Assembly: GCA_046563655.1 (NCBI GenBank)
Contig: CM102287.1
Span: 4,774,001-4,838,000, forward strand
Reading direction: 5' to 3'
Length of the DNA stretch: 64,000 bases
Origin: Yuukianura sp. NJ FZ-2021
Lineage: Eukaryota
The notes beneath the pieces are model-generated. The model saw only the letters and a list, made by a program, of their open reading frames with translations. It ran no database searches and was not told the origin of the DNA. Made by a program: the position numbers and the translations under genes. Shown here in pieces: positions 39,759-53,867 of the stretch; position 1 is the stretch's first letter, and every line of letters starts with the position of its first letter.

Positions 39759-41444
39759 ATTAAATTTAATTAACTTAATGTTTAATTTAATATTTGTACT
39801 TTAGTTTACCCCTATCTTCCTTATGTTACTCCTAACTCATACCTTTACGCCGGCTACAAAATATTCAAAACTCTTTCCCGGAAAGCAAGGCTATTAAAGT
39901 TAAATCGCCACTTGTTGTCGGAGGTGAAGGAAAAGAAAATGGAAACAAGGAAATTAACTGGGATTGAGCTCCATTGTTTCGTTTTTGAGGAAAAGTGTTT
40001 CGTGTCTGTTAAAAGTGAAGTGAATGGGGGAATCGAAAGGAAAAGGCAAACGCGAAAACGTCCTTTCTTCTGCAAAATATCAATTTTCCTTCGTCCGTTC
40101 CATTAACACAGGAAGGAAGGAGGCTTCAACCGGTTTGGTTTAGCGGGGTTACGGGGTCACCAACACCCTTCCCTTTCAATCCCACATTCAAATTAACGTT
40201 TCAACTTTATTTCAAACCACTCCAATTTCTTTTACAAACTAAAAACTCATCTTCTTCTTCAATTCAAAAATTTCAACTTTTTGAAGCCCTTCTCCATCAA
40301 TTAGTTTACTTTGCAACAAAATGCTTAGGTAACTTTATGTTTATTCCTAACTACTGACAAGCTGCCAAATTTTTCTCAACGGATTCCAACTTTTGCATCT
40401 TAAAAAAAACAGAAATTAAAGAGAGATCGATTTGTTAATTGTGCCAAAACGGAAGCTTTTCCTCTCGATATGGACTGAATTCAAAAATCAAAAATTAGTT
40501 AATAACTGAATTAGGGCTTCCCATTGCCAAAAAGTGCCATTTGTAGAGAAATTTAGAGATGATTGACGACTTTTGGCCATGCAACGACCTTAAACTGATT
40601 GATGACCTCCACTTATTTGCACTCTTGCACGTATTCGTTTCTCTCCCTTTTCTAATAAAATAACTTTCCAATTATCAAATAGTGTATAACATAATAGAAG
40701 AAGCTCTCAGATGAGGTAAACAACAGAGATCATAATCCACCTTTTCCTTACTTCCATCAATCTTCCTCCACCCTATCATCAATGGACCAAACGATTTCAC
40801 TTCAACTTTTACGATTAGTTTAGCACTGACCACATAACCCCTATAGCAAAAGAGAGCACAAGACCCCAAGGGGTCAGTCAAGGCCTTTGACCTCTCACTT
40901 TTATCACCAACATCAGCAGTTGAGTGAAGTTGAAAAGTAAAACTGCTAGTGAAAGAGACAGGGCTGACCCCTGCCACCACACACAATGGCACGCCGACAT
41001 TCCACTTCTGCACCTCAGCAGTGAAATTTGAGGTCAGTTGGTCGCCTTGGTTGGGCAGCCGGTTTTCCATTTAGAAAAAACAGACAATTGCACCTTCCTA
41101 GGAGGGAATAAGTTTGTGATTTCATCTACAGGAGGAAATCAACTTCCACCTTCAGTCATCTTCCGTCCAAGTCTCAGGCAGTTCGAAGTCATTTCTCAAC
41201 ACAAAATCAACAATTGACACTAAAAACCAATCAAAACTACTCAAAACACAAAGCAGGCAGAAAAATTTCTTAATCCGAAATCAAAATCCAAAGTTCCGAC
41301 CATAAAACCGAAGTTTTAGTTTGAAAGATGAGTTTTCGTCCTCATCGGTGACAGTTTTCGGAGGTTGATGTGAAAGCAAGAGTGAAAAGACACTTTTAGC
41401 ATTAAGTACTCCGCTTATTTATTCACACTCTCCGTCCACCAGTC

Positions 41445-44400
41445 ATGGACCCACGAACACTCCTCAGACTTTCACTCACACTAGGATTCGTCTTTCTCCG
41501 TAAGAAAAACTAAGCTTTGAAATTCTGAATTTCCTTCCAATTTCACTCTGAACTTCCATTTTTTTTTCAAAATTTTGAATTTTCCTTTGAATTTTTAATT
41601 TTGTTGACAGTAACCCTGTCGTCGTGCAATGGAGAAGAGGATTCAGACGCTCCAGGCCCAATTTCAAATTCCCACACACTTCCGCCCAACATCGTCAGAA
41701 GAAAAATTATGCGAAAGCGTCTATTTCCAGTAGTTAGCAAAAGTCCGTCAAATGTCACCGTTTCAGTCACCGTATCCACCAGTGAGAGAGAATAACTTTA
41801 ACTAACTAATCTAATTAAAGTACACTAATTATACACATACAACTCGCGCTTACTTAGTTTGAAACTTAGTTTGAAATCCAATTTGCATAATATTTTGATT
41901 TTCAGATGAGAGTTCGAAGGTCGCTGACGAATTGCCAAAGACAGAAGCTCGTTTAGACGGTAAGAAATCAGCAAACTTCAATCCTAATTCCATTTCCAAC
42001 GGCGTTGAACTTTAACAAAACTTCTCTATGTACAATTTTCCAAAATCAGAAAATTATATTTCGAAAATGTCATTTTACAGCCGCATGAATTGATAAATTT
42101 GAAACAAAAGATTTCACATACACGAAATTTTCCAAGATCACGAAGTAAATGTAAAACTGTTTCTGAAGAATAGTCTAATTTGAGTAAAAAAAAGTCAAAG
42201 ATTTCACTTTCAACTAAAAGCATAGAAATCCTGAAAAATTGGTTTTCTGAAAACAAATTGTTAAAATCAGAAGAAAAAAGTTACAAGTGTGAAGAAGCGT
42301 CTTGAAATTAGTGTAGGTTTTTGTTCAACGAGTCCAACGACTTTCTCTTTGCCCTCTTCTCCACAAAAAAAGAAGCGTGACTTACTTTTCGTCAAAAACG
42401 AGTTTACAAGTCGTTTACAAATTTTGGCATTTTCGCAATGTCAAACTCTACAACTTTCGCCTTAGTTAGAGAAACGAAACACACAATTCCACACCTCCAT
42501 CCTCCATCATCAAAACTAACTATAATTCAATTACAACCAGTCGAATTAATGCGTTTAACCTGCTTCCAAATGATGATTTTAAGTCAAAACAAACTAGATT
42601 TCAATTAAAACTTCTTCTTATGTTATTCTATACAGATGGATCAATGCGTTTCAGAAGGCCCTTCCTCGGAACCAAATTTCGTCCACCATTCCTGAATCTG
42701 AACAAAGCGAAAATCACGAGTCCCCCAGGCCCATTCCCACTGATCCGGAAATCTACTGCGGAGCCAGAACTGGACGAACCACTGGAAACTCCCTCGTCAT
42801 CGTTCAAGCTCAAACTGAAGCGAGTTCCATTCCCAAAACTAAAACCGACCACCACAGAAGAGACACCAACGACCTTCACTCCAGTAGGTCCACGCAAACC
42901 ATTTCCAGTGAAAAAGTTACTCAAACGCTTGAAATCAAAAGTACTGGCAACAACACCTTCCACTACAACGCAAGCAGTCTACTTCCCCTCGGAGGAGGAA
43001 GAATCTGAAGAATCTGCCGAAGAGGTAGCCCCCGAAATTCCAGTGACGATTCCAGTAACTGCAGCTACAACTACAACAACAACGCCACCACCCACCACAA
43101 CAACCACCAGAGCCACCACAACAACCACAAGAGCCACCACAACTACCACCAGACCCACCACTACTACCACTCGGCCCACCACAACTACCACCACGACAAC
43201 TCCTTCGACTACTGCTCAAACACAGGTCAGTTTCCTAACAAAAGCATCAAACCTCAAATAAAATCTGAAGGTCACCAAGGTCAATCACCTTTATGTTTTA
43301 CTTTCCAGGCACCAACGACCACAACCACAACAACTGAAGCTACAACTGCAGCCACTTCAGCAACCACCACCACCGAAACTGCTCCAGCATCCAGTACTAC
43401 TGCCAACAACTCCATGATTATCATTCCAGTACCTCCATCACAACGGAAACCTTACCACCCCGTTATCATGCAAGTCACCAAAACGCCGACCACTGCAGAG
43501 AGCTTCCCGGAAACCCGAATTGTCACCTACAAACTCAACAAAATGTTCGTACCAATGGGCATTTACGGCAAAGTACTGCCGAAAGATCCCGCCGGATCTG
43601 AATTAGATGTTGCCACTCAGAAAACAGTCGTCTCCACTCCACTCCCATTCGTTCTTCCCGGAATCGACAAGCAAAAAGACAAATCCTATGGAACCGTGCC
43701 CAAGTCTTTCGCCACCGCGCCTAAATCTTCTGGACCAGAAATCAAGGTCAAAGGTCACCGTTCCAAAGAAGTTATTCAAGAACCTGTTACCTCTGGAGAT
43801 TCTTCTAACGACTATGCAAAAGCTGTAGAATATGCCGCTAGTCAGAAGGAACACCACCTTCGTCAACAGAAACAATGGGAACTTATGGTAGAACGGCTGA
43901 AGAAGAAGAAGGAACGGAACATGGCTGACAGCATCAGCTTGACCTACGACTACAAGCCGAATCCAGCACAAATCAGTTTGACTACAGAGAAAGTCAACAT
44001 TAATTCAATTAGTCTCACTACAGAACCACCTCCGATGTTGGTCAACCACTATGGGTCACAGGACAACCGTAGAGGTCAAGCCGGCACACCTTGGACTGGA
44101 CATGTCAGTATTTCCAAAAATTTTGTTTCAATTTCTTGAATTTTGAAAAGTCTTTGATTTTATTGAAAAAAAAATCAAAAATTTCTTTGATTTGATTTGG
44201 AAGAGAAAGCGTTTAAAAATCATTTTCTTTTTTTGGAAAATCAAAATCCTAGAACAAAACCGACCACCATGAGTACAACACAATAACGTAAACATACCTG
44301 AAGCTTCAAGATTTCACCTTTCAATTTTTGTCAAATTTTTCAGAACGGCTTCCACGACATGACTCCTCCACGACCGCTCAAAAATCCACTTCAAAAACCA

Positions 44401-47400
44401 GCCAAAACAATTTTGGAGACGATTACAGACGCAGCATCGTCTATTCCCGGACTGATTCACGGCGGTCTTTCTACTCTCAGCGGTTACAAACAAGCTTTTG
44501 AAGATGAAGCTGCCTTTCCACGGCCCACCGCGGGTCAACCACAACCGCCACAACAAGATCAGCTACCGTCACAAAGTCAAATACAACTTCAGCCACAGCA
44601 ATTTCACCCACAACAGCCATCAGTGCCACAATTAGATAGCGAAACACTCGAATTCTTCCGAAAACGACCGCATCTCCTTCAGAACCGAGGCAAAAAGGAA
44701 CATTTCGTTTCGCCCGAACTTAGCTCAGGTATGAGATTATAGGAATTTAAAAAAAAGTATTTAAAAACTATTTACAGCTTTCAAAAAAGTATTTTCAAAA
44801 TATGTTTAACGTTTCAAAATTCTGCGGAATATCTACCAAGTTTTTAGAGCTTACAGTTTATTTTCTGTTTAGCCAAGCCCCAATCGTTTATGCTACTTTT
44901 ACATTTTCAAAATTTACGAATGTCAAAAACTTTTTTTTTGAATAAACTGGGGACTTTTCTAAACAAAAAACAAACTTGGCCTCTTTTATTTGACCTCGTG
45001 ACCTCATTTGACGTTTTCCAGGCTTCAAGCCTGTAACGGCCCTTCCACACATTGCATCTCAATACTATGCATCCGCTACCACTCCGTCGCCATTCGCACG
45101 CTCTTCCACACCGTCGTACTCTGTCAACGTGACCTCGGGCTACGAAACAACGCTTAAGCGTGACCCGCTTTTCCAGGAAACAGCGTCTTCCTGGAACGCT
45201 TTGTCCATGACCACTCCAAGGTCAGCTAAGCATTTCCTCAGTGACGACGACATTGCTGCTTACCGAAAAGCCGTCATCGGATCAAACTACGAAGGTGCCA
45301 AGTACTCTTGGGCAGGAGCAGGTCCAACCAGGTACAAAAATCCAACTTAACAATAAGTTAAGCTAACAAATAAACCTCAAGCGATTGACCTACAAATTTT
45401 GATTTTACAGTTCATCGCAGACTGGAACGACCAAATCCTTTGCTTCCCAGTGGCTCGAGTTTAATAACAAGTACACGAAACAGGAAATAGAGGAAGCCAG
45501 GGAGCGAATTAGTAGTTTATTTTCCCGCTCCGAGTCTCCTACGTACGAAGACATGATGTACATGAAGCCTCCGTCACCAAAATCCGGATCCGCCTTTGAC
45601 GATCTTCTCAAAATGTTCAAGTAACTAATTTTTATACGGGAATTTAACCCTGTCCAAATCCCTGCCAACATTCTCGTCACGAAAAACCTAAATAGCACCT
45701 CATTAGGCCCAACCACACAAAGCGTTTATAGTGATTTCACTAAGGAGTGATTTGCTTTGATTTCAGGATGGGGATTAGTTTCGGTGCGGGTCACACGAAC
45801 AGTGAAAAGCCAGCGATGAGCTACAGTGCTGGAATTCATAACGAAGATTCTTACGGAGGCGGAAGCGACTGGGTTCCGTTGACGAAAGCAGGCGGTAACA
45901 AAAGTAAGTCTTACAACTTAACCATATCAATCAACGCTAAACAAAAACTAGGCCATCAATTTACGCAGATCCCACCTCATTACATATTGTGTATAAGCCC
46001 ACGCGGAGTATAAATCCACACAATCCTGAAAAATCTTCTCTAAAATCTGCACAATTATCAGAAATCTTCCCTAAATCCACACAATCCTTAAAAATGTAGT
46101 CCAAATCTAAACAATCCATGAAAATCTCTTCCACGTGTACAAAATGGTTAGTTAAAAATCTCCAAAATCGTATAAACCATTTCGAAAATGTATAATCTTT
46201 TCCAAAATCTATAAAATCCTTAAAAATCTTATGAAACTCTTCGCAATTCTAAAAATCTTTTCCGAATTTACCAAAACACATAAAAATCCTCCAAAAAATC
46301 TTGCCAATCTTGAAAGCCATTTCCCTAACTGATTCCTTGAGAAATCGCTTCACAATCCACAAAATCTTTAAAAATCTCTTCGAAAATTAAACATAATCCT
46401 GAAAAATCTCTTGAAAAATGAGTAAAATTCTTTTGCCATTTGCAGTAATTTCTTTCAACGCTGGAATTACTTTTGGAAACAAACCGTCTCCCACTGCAAT
46501 GTACCCCGGCGGAGGTCATTTTAGTTCCAGTTCCAGTCCATTTTCAAGTGGAGGTCATGGGTCATCCTTCGGTTCTTCTGGAGGTCACGGAAGCTTTGGC
46601 TCTGCAAGTTCAGCTCATGGAAGTAGTTATGGAAGTCAGAGTGGTTCCTTTGGTTCTGGAAGCCTCAGTAGCTTCCCTTCGAGCGGAAGCCACTTCGGAA
46701 GCGGCAGTTCTAAACCGAATCACTACAGTAAAGGAAATTTCTACTCTGGAAGTTCCCACTACTCCACTAGCAAGCCGCACTTCGACTATGACTTTCCCTC
46801 AAGTTCACAAGGAAACAGAGATCGTAAGTCCAACCATAATTCTCACCGAACTTTTTTTTACAGCTCTCCTAACCAATCAAAAACCAAAATCTGTAATTTC
46901 TAAAAGAGTTTCAAAAATTTCACACCCCCCGACCGCAAAAAAAAAGCAAGATTCTGACTCCGGCTTTTGAGAAGAACCTTTTTTTTTGATTTTAGAAGCG
47001 TTCCCTGCTTTGCTACCATGTTGAAAAAATTATTAAGAAATCCTCACGAGATACTGAAATTTCACCTAGATAAGTTTTCGAATGTTTTTGGATTTTCGCT
47101 TTCACCTTGAAATTCCGTATACAACTAGCTTTTTAAAAAGTTAACCTTTGGGAGTTTCAACTCAAATTGACAAATTAATTCACTAATAGTCACAATTAAT
47201 TAACAGAATCGTTGAATTGGCTTGTAGCACCTCCAAAAGCCTCTCCTACTTCCGAGTTCCTGACGAACATTTACTACAAGGACAAGGGAACTGCAGAGAG
47301 GCCTTTGAAAACAAACTCCTACGACATCAGTCCAGCCATTTCAACACACTTTAACGTAGAAGAAGCACGGAAACCAACATCTCACTTCTCACAACTTTCT

Positions 47401-48704
47401 CCAGACGAAATCAGAAATACCTTAAAAACACCACAGAGACCATACTCCAACGATCCTCCAATCGAAATCATCCCTTCATCACAGTTCTTCAAGGAAAAAG
47501 GAAACATGAAGGTTAACTTTCACCACATACTCAAAAAACTCAAAATGTCACCACTTTTCCAAAAAAAAAAATGTAATTTTGAAATTCATTTCAGGACATC
47601 GCGGCAGTGATCAAGCCACCAGAAATTCCAGACGACCTTGTCAAAGCTGCGCTTCCACCACACATATCTTCCGTTCCACAGCTAAGCTATCCAACACAGC
47701 AACTAATTCAAGTAAAACATTAAATATTTTATGTATTAACATAAATAGTCAACTTTAGCAACAATTTACTTCAAAATTCGCTTGACCTTTGACCTTGCAG
47801 CATCCAAATCACTTCAAGAGTCTGTCGCAGCTTCAATCCTACTTTGCAACTGCACAACCACGACCGACACCAGCAACGCAACCTCCGATACAACTTCAGC
47901 ACCATCAGCAGCAATTACATCAACAACAATTTCATCATCAACCGCCACCTCAGCAGCATCAACCTCAGCAACTGGCCTACCAACATCAGTTGCAGCAACA
48001 AATTTCTCAACAGCAACTACATCAACAGCAACTACAGCAGCAGCAACTACAACAACAGCAATTACAACAGCAGCAACTACAACAACAGCAACAAAATCAA
48101 CAACAAAACTACCAACCACAAACTTATCACCATCCACAACAGGGTCAGGGTACCACTCAAGGTAACAAAATTTTTGCAACAAAATTGACAATTTCAACCG
48201 AATTTTTTCGACATGCTATTTTTTCTGGAAAGAAACTCTAATTCAAAACGTTTTCTATGTTGACAAATTATAATTTCAATTTTAGTGAAAGTGACCGGGG
48301 ACAGCGCTTTGGGATTTTCAAACTTCGAGCTTCCGGCTGGCCTTGATCCGGACATCGCCTCGCTCATCAAATCCGAACTGGACAAAGACGACATTCCAGA
48401 AGAATTTAGAAAGGACTTTCTGGAAGCCCAGGAAAAAGAGAAAAAAGAAGCTCGGCAAAACAAAGTGGCCTCCAAAAGAGTCGACACCAAACCAGAGGTC
48501 AAATTTCACAAACCAATTCCCATTACGCCCACAATGCTCACCCCCGTCAGGGGTAAACCCATCAGGGCATCTCCCGTACCCAAGTACGTCGTAGAACTCG
48601 CGCGTAAACTCAAACAAGACAAAAACGTTCAGGGGATTGTACGAGTCAGTACGAAACGAGACAAAGGTCCACCCGTAGAATACTTGTATCCAGTCAGGGG
48701 CTGA
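41445..48704 (+). CDS. Large (~1400 aa) secreted low-complexity protein, 14 exons, with Thr-rich, Gly/Ser/His-rich and poly-Gln blocks (extracellular matrix/cuticle-like)
   Basis: Signal peptide MDPRTLLRLSLTLGFVFL|LTLSSCNG. All junctions are GT-AG and phase-consistent, with exons starting ~41445, 41611, 41906, 42636, 43309, 44344, 45022, 45411, 45767, 46446, 47228, 47595, 47801 and 48286. Stop at 48702-48704. Confidence 0.8.
43060..43215 (+). repeat. Coding 21-nt tandem repeat encoding R[AP]TTTTT mucin-type units
   Basis: AGAGCCACCACAACAACCAC-type units; the protein reads RATTTTTRATTTTTRPTTTTTRPTTTTT. Confidence 0.85.
46005..46420 (+). repeat. Degenerate ~30-bp intronic minisatellite (AAATCCACACAATCCTGAAAAATCTTCTCT-like)
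   Basis: Recurring aaatc/caatcct/aaaaatct units at roughly 30-nt spacing within intron 45904-46445. Confidence 0.6.
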
Positions 48705-49814
48705 AACCTCCGTCCCCCCCCCCCCTCCATTTACCTCCTGAACTAACCTTATGCAATTTTTATACTTAACATTTCAGAGTCTTCTTCAAGATTGCTAAGT
48801 TACTAATTGTTACGGCTTAATTTACTTAAGGCCTACGTTGTTTCGCTAGTTTTTCGTTAAATTAACTTTAAACATAAGAGTTACGTCAAATTGTTGCTAA
48901 GTTATGCTCTCCAAGACTTGTGCTCAAAGACTCGTGTCGAATGTAATGAACTATTGACAAAATAAACAAAAGAGTTAGAAAGTTCAAAAAAAGTAGAACA
49001 AAAGCCCAGCACAGCGTCTCTCTGTGCCAAACACGCACTTTTCTCCTTCCCACTTTCACTTTCTCAACATAACCTCTTTTCTTTTGGCCCAAATCAAGCG
49101 GAACACGCAAGCTACAGATGCAAATCGTTTGGCAACAAACTTTACAGCATGAAAAACGGCCACGAGGCCAAAGACCGTGTCCGTCCGTGCCTTGCTTCTC
49201 CTTTCGCCAATTCTACACTAGTACACAAAACTCCTAAGATAAAAATGCAAAAGTGAAGAAGCTGCGGAAGAGAAAGTGTTCAGTTTTGATTTCTCTGGCT
49301 TTTGGCTTTTCAGAAAACAGCTTTCACCCACGCAGTCAATATTTTCCTATCTGCTTAAAGGCTGAAACGCTGAAAGTCTCAACCAGCGAACCATTTCCAG
49401 TTCTTAGGATTCTCGTTCTTCTAAGGTTACAAGAATAGGCGACATTAGACGCATAATTGCTATCGTGCGGACGTGCTTGAGAACGAAGGCTTTTAGCAGT
49501 GATTGTTTTAGGCTTGCGACACAATATCATTCATTCCTTCACCCTAACAAACCTAATCCAATTCAACCTAACAAACTAACCCAATTCAGCCTAACAAACA
49601 TAACATAACGTAATTCAATTTAGCCAAATATAACCCGAACCATGGATATCAAGAACTTAGGTTGTCTCTTGCATAAACTTAAGACAGAGGAATTGATGGA
49701 TGGAGCGTAATGAGTGAAGTGGTTCAGATCGATTGTGCCTCCTGTCCACCTTGAGGAGCCAGAGTCCAATGGCCACCAATAATTCGACTACTGCCACGGT
49801 CTCCACGTCTGTCC

Positions 49815-52549
49815 ATGGAGAGAAAGGTGTCAGGAGTGAATATTGACTTGGCCAAGACCATTTGGGCCACTCCACTCCCACTCTTCCAGCAAGCATCTAC
49901 TACTCCAAGGGCTACAGCAAGGTAAGAATCTAACCTCTTGACCCCATCAAAAACGTAAAATTCAATTAACCTAATGCCCTCACTTAATCGATAGCCTTAG
50001 CATCAAAATTTTCTCAAATTGCCTCACAAACAATTCAAACTTTCTTAAACCAACTTTGCATAACTGATTGTGAGTTTCTTAGCTCCAGACTGATCCGCTC
50101 AATACCAAAGTCTTCCAACAAAGTTTTCAAACACGGAGAAAGTGGGCCACTCTGCCACAGGACAATGATCTCACAAAACACAGGGTAACAAAATTTCAAT
50201 ATTTCAATAAATTATTTCAGACATTATTGACTTAAATTTTCAAAAAAGGAAGTCACTTAACTAAAAAACTAACCAAAAAACTACGAGCAAAAATCATAGT
50301 TAATTTCAAAATTAACGATTTTCCTTATTTTATAACAAGAAAAACGCAGACTGTATCTTTACCATAATCTAAAATTTGATAATTCCATTTCTACAAAAAT
50401 ATTTAGACGGCGTGTGTCAATAGAACAGCATCAACCAGTAACCGTTGACACCGTTGACCATTCCACCCTCACCGTGCCCATCGAAGTAGAAAGTGAAGGC
50501 ACCCAAACTGAAACTGACGAAGAAAATCAACCTCCTGCTCCAGGATTCGAACCACCGTCCACCGAAAAGGAAACAACAGACAGAGCCACATCGCCGATCA
50601 CCTTATCCTCAGAAAAGCCCCTTTTTGAAGAACTGGAGCAAATTACAGGTCACATTATAATTCAAAAGTTCATCACCAGGAGTCAAGAGGAGTTTCAGCA
50701 GTTGATTAAAATCCGTTTCCCGGGAATGAGAGTCAAGGAAATGGCCACTACGCATTCCGTGTCTCGCAGCGTCAGCAGCATTCCACACCCACCATCAACA
50801 AATTTCCAGGAACAGAATGACACAAACAACAAAGATCAAGTTCCAACTGATGATCCAGAGACACTCGACTCCCGCCCAATCGCTTCCGATATTACGAAAT
50901 TCGAGCAGACGACAAATGAACAGCCCTCCAACGATCTTGAAGACGAGCTCGTTGCTACGTCACTGTCCAGTACAGTGGAAACAGTTCTGGATGGTCATAT
51001 TGGAGAGAAAGTGGTTGCCAACACTTCGGCAGAAGAAGACGTGGGGGCAGAATCAGAGTCCGAGAATGACGGTAGTTTAGCTGAAATCAAAGAAGTGATA
51101 CTTTCTCCATTTTCAGTCAAAAAACTTGGAAATGTTTTGCCAAAACGATTTGAGATGCTGGCAGACGTGGACGTCCACCGACAGACAGAGGCAGACACTG
51201 ACGACGAACCAACCGAAAACGAATTGATTGAAAATGAAGATCAAAGTGGCATTCCAGAATCAAAGGTGGCACAAAAAGATACAAATCAAAGTGAATCACA
51301 GGAACTAACAACTGGAAATCAAAGCGAATCAAAGGCACTAAAAACTGGGAATCAAAGTGATGCCATAACTGGACTGAAATCGCTTTCTGTTGAGGCCGAA
51401 GGGCAAGACATCATTGTTCTCGATGTTTCCATGATTGACGCTCCCAGCGACAGCGTTTTAGTTTCAAAAACTGAAGTAGAAGAGAATGTAAACCTAATCG
51501 CAACTCAAGTTACAGAAAAAGACACGCGAAAAGTGGAGGAGGTTCCAGAAGTTGAAGAGCAGTTTGGAATCTTGGGGTCGATTGACGCTCAAACCAAAAT
51601 CGCTTCCGTTCCAGCTCATGACGAAACCGAATTTCCCAAAATAGCTCAGCAGATTGAGAATCAGGTGGAAAAAATCACAGAAGAACGGACTCTATTATTC
51701 AACGTCAACAATGACAACATCGCTCAACAAAATGGTGACATCAATGGGACACAAGCGTCCGAATCTCCGATCGCTGCAAACAAAATTGCTGAAGATGTAA
51801 TCCATCAAGGCAGAATCGGTGAAAATGAAATCCATCACAAAAGAATCGGTGAGGATGAAATCGATGCAGGCGGAATCGATGAAAACACAATTCATGCAAT
51901 GAAAATCGGTGAAAATGGAATCAGCGCACAGAAAATCGCTGCAATAAATCCCGATGAGTGTGGGATTTGGGAGGAGGAAGAAGTGGAACTAATTGGTGAC
52001 GATGGAGAAATGGACTTTGAAGATCTCGAAGGTCAAATAATTTCTCCGGTCTTTATAGACCAAAATCAGCGCGTCAAGGTCACCGATACTGTTTCGGACA
52101 CAGAAACTGCCGAACTCTGTCACGAAACAGAAGCCACAACAGAAAAAAGTTACGCAGGAGAGGTTACCCCTGATGGTTACGCTTCCGAGGACGTAACCAC
52201 GTCCAACCCACGGTCAGTGGCTACCCAAACCGAAGCCAGATCCGCTCTGCGGTTCAGACGCTGTTGCCACAGACGTCGGCATGCCGAATCTATAGAAAGT
52301 TCTGCCAATTCTTCCACTAGTACTGAACCTGGCGTCCTTGACCTTCAATTGCGTGTTCAAAAGTTAGATGTTAGACTGAGAGTGGGTGGGGTCAAGATCA
52401 AAAATACTAAAAACCGGACAGGTCAACAACTTCCAACCCCGTCTGCAGCCGGAAGTGCCGTTGGCTCAGAACATCAACTGGACATTCTCCAAGTCCAGGG
52501 AACAAAAATCAAATTCAAGAAAGATCCAAAATCAAATGAACAGAACTGA
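49815..52549 (+). CDS. Uncharacterised acidic, predicted disordered protein (~783 aa) with TQT motifs
   Basis: Exons 49815-49921, 50083-50184 and 50407-52549 join in frame; the terminal exon is a 711-codon ORF. No signal peptide. AATAAA at ~52601. The start codon is uncertain. Confidence 0.75.
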
Positions 52550-53867
52550 AGCCACGTTTAGAACACAAGTGATCTAAATATAAAGAAAAACGTTGAAATT
52601 AATAAAACTTTAGCTTCAAAGTCCAAATTTTAATTTCATCGCCCACCCAAATTTCACAAGTTAACCAAATTTAAATTTAAAAAAAATGAAACTTTTAGTT
52701 TTCGATCGAGAAAGTTATTAGGCTGCCGGTGGATTGAAGTCAATTCCAAATGCCCGCATTCAACCAAAAAAGTTAGTAATCAACATTAAAAAGGACTTTT
52801 TTTAAATCAAAATAACCTTCCAGGTGACAAGGAGTTTTGAAATTGAGAAACACCTCCACTAATCGACTATTTCTAGAACAGAAAAAGAAATTTCCAGAAA
52901 GTAAAATGAAAAGCAAAAATAAAAGCAAGGTCTTCCTCGCTTTCTCCAAAACTTTTCACAAAAAGCAAAAAAAAAAACTCCAAACAGGAAAAACTACTTT
53001 TAAAAAAACTCAAAGAACAATCAAGAAAAAAAAGTTAAGGCCAAAAATTATGCCAGTCAAATCACTTTCTTTTCAGAAAAATTTTTCAGGCGGGAGTCAG
53101 GGAGAAAATATGAGAAAGACCTTCCAGTTTCAGCCTTCAACATCGCCCGAATTTCACTTTTCCCAGCTCAAATTTCACTTTTCCAAACGAAAACTAATTT
53201 TAAACTTCCTCCCACTCCCATTGTGTACTTTTCAGCAATATATTATTTACACTTCTATTAATATTTTCCATTTCCCTATCCTTTACGCAGCACCAAACCT
53301 AACAAGCCTAACTTAATAAAACCTAACAAAATTTGTGTTTCCCAGTCCAAATTTAATAAACCCGAAACGATACCCGGAACGAAGCGTTTTTCCACTTCCG
53401 TTTTATTTACTCTTGCTAATATGCCAACTTTCGCGGAAATTAATCCACATCACTCCACTCCTCTCAGCAGGAGAGCCGCAATGGCCAGAAAATGAGACAG
53501 GATTCGTTCGTTACTAGACGGAATTGGTTTGTTTGAGGCGTTAAATTCTGGGCTGAAGGCAGTGAAAGTGGCAGTGACTTTCCGAGAATTGTCAACTAAT
53601 TTTGATCACTTTCTCCCCCGAGATCTTTTCAAGTGTGTAAGTGTGTGAGTGTGGCTTTCTAATTGTTTGAACAGGAAAGAAAACAGAAAAGGACACGAAG
53701 CATCTGGAAGGTGGAGTGCGCAGAGAGAGGAAGTTGGAAGCAACAGGAGAGAAAGTGTTTTAAAAAGAAGAAAGTGGTGAGATAAAGCACGGAGTCGGAG
53801 AGAATAGCAGTGTCAGAGGGCGACTGATCTTGGTTCTGGAAGGGAGTGCTAGCGGAGCCTGGTGGAC

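Noticed and set aside
42935..48197. Antisense and alternative-frame ORFs (poly-Val, Gly/Cys-rich, Thr/Ala-rich, Asn-rich)
   Set aside because: Shadows of ACN and CAR codon repeats; splice phases support only the Thr and Gln frames.
49710..49815. In-frame TGA after a Cys motif (MSEVVQIDCASCPP*GARVQ...) upstream of the acidic protein, suggesting selenocysteine or readthrough
   Set aside because: No thioredoxin-like context, and the 3' UTR before the AATAAA at ~52601 is ~50 nt with no SECIS-like hairpin. More simply one of several uORFs.
52837..53316. 159-aa Lys-rich ORF
   Set aside because: TTG start, A-run-driven composition, no domain or exon links; probably intergenic or promoter sequence.
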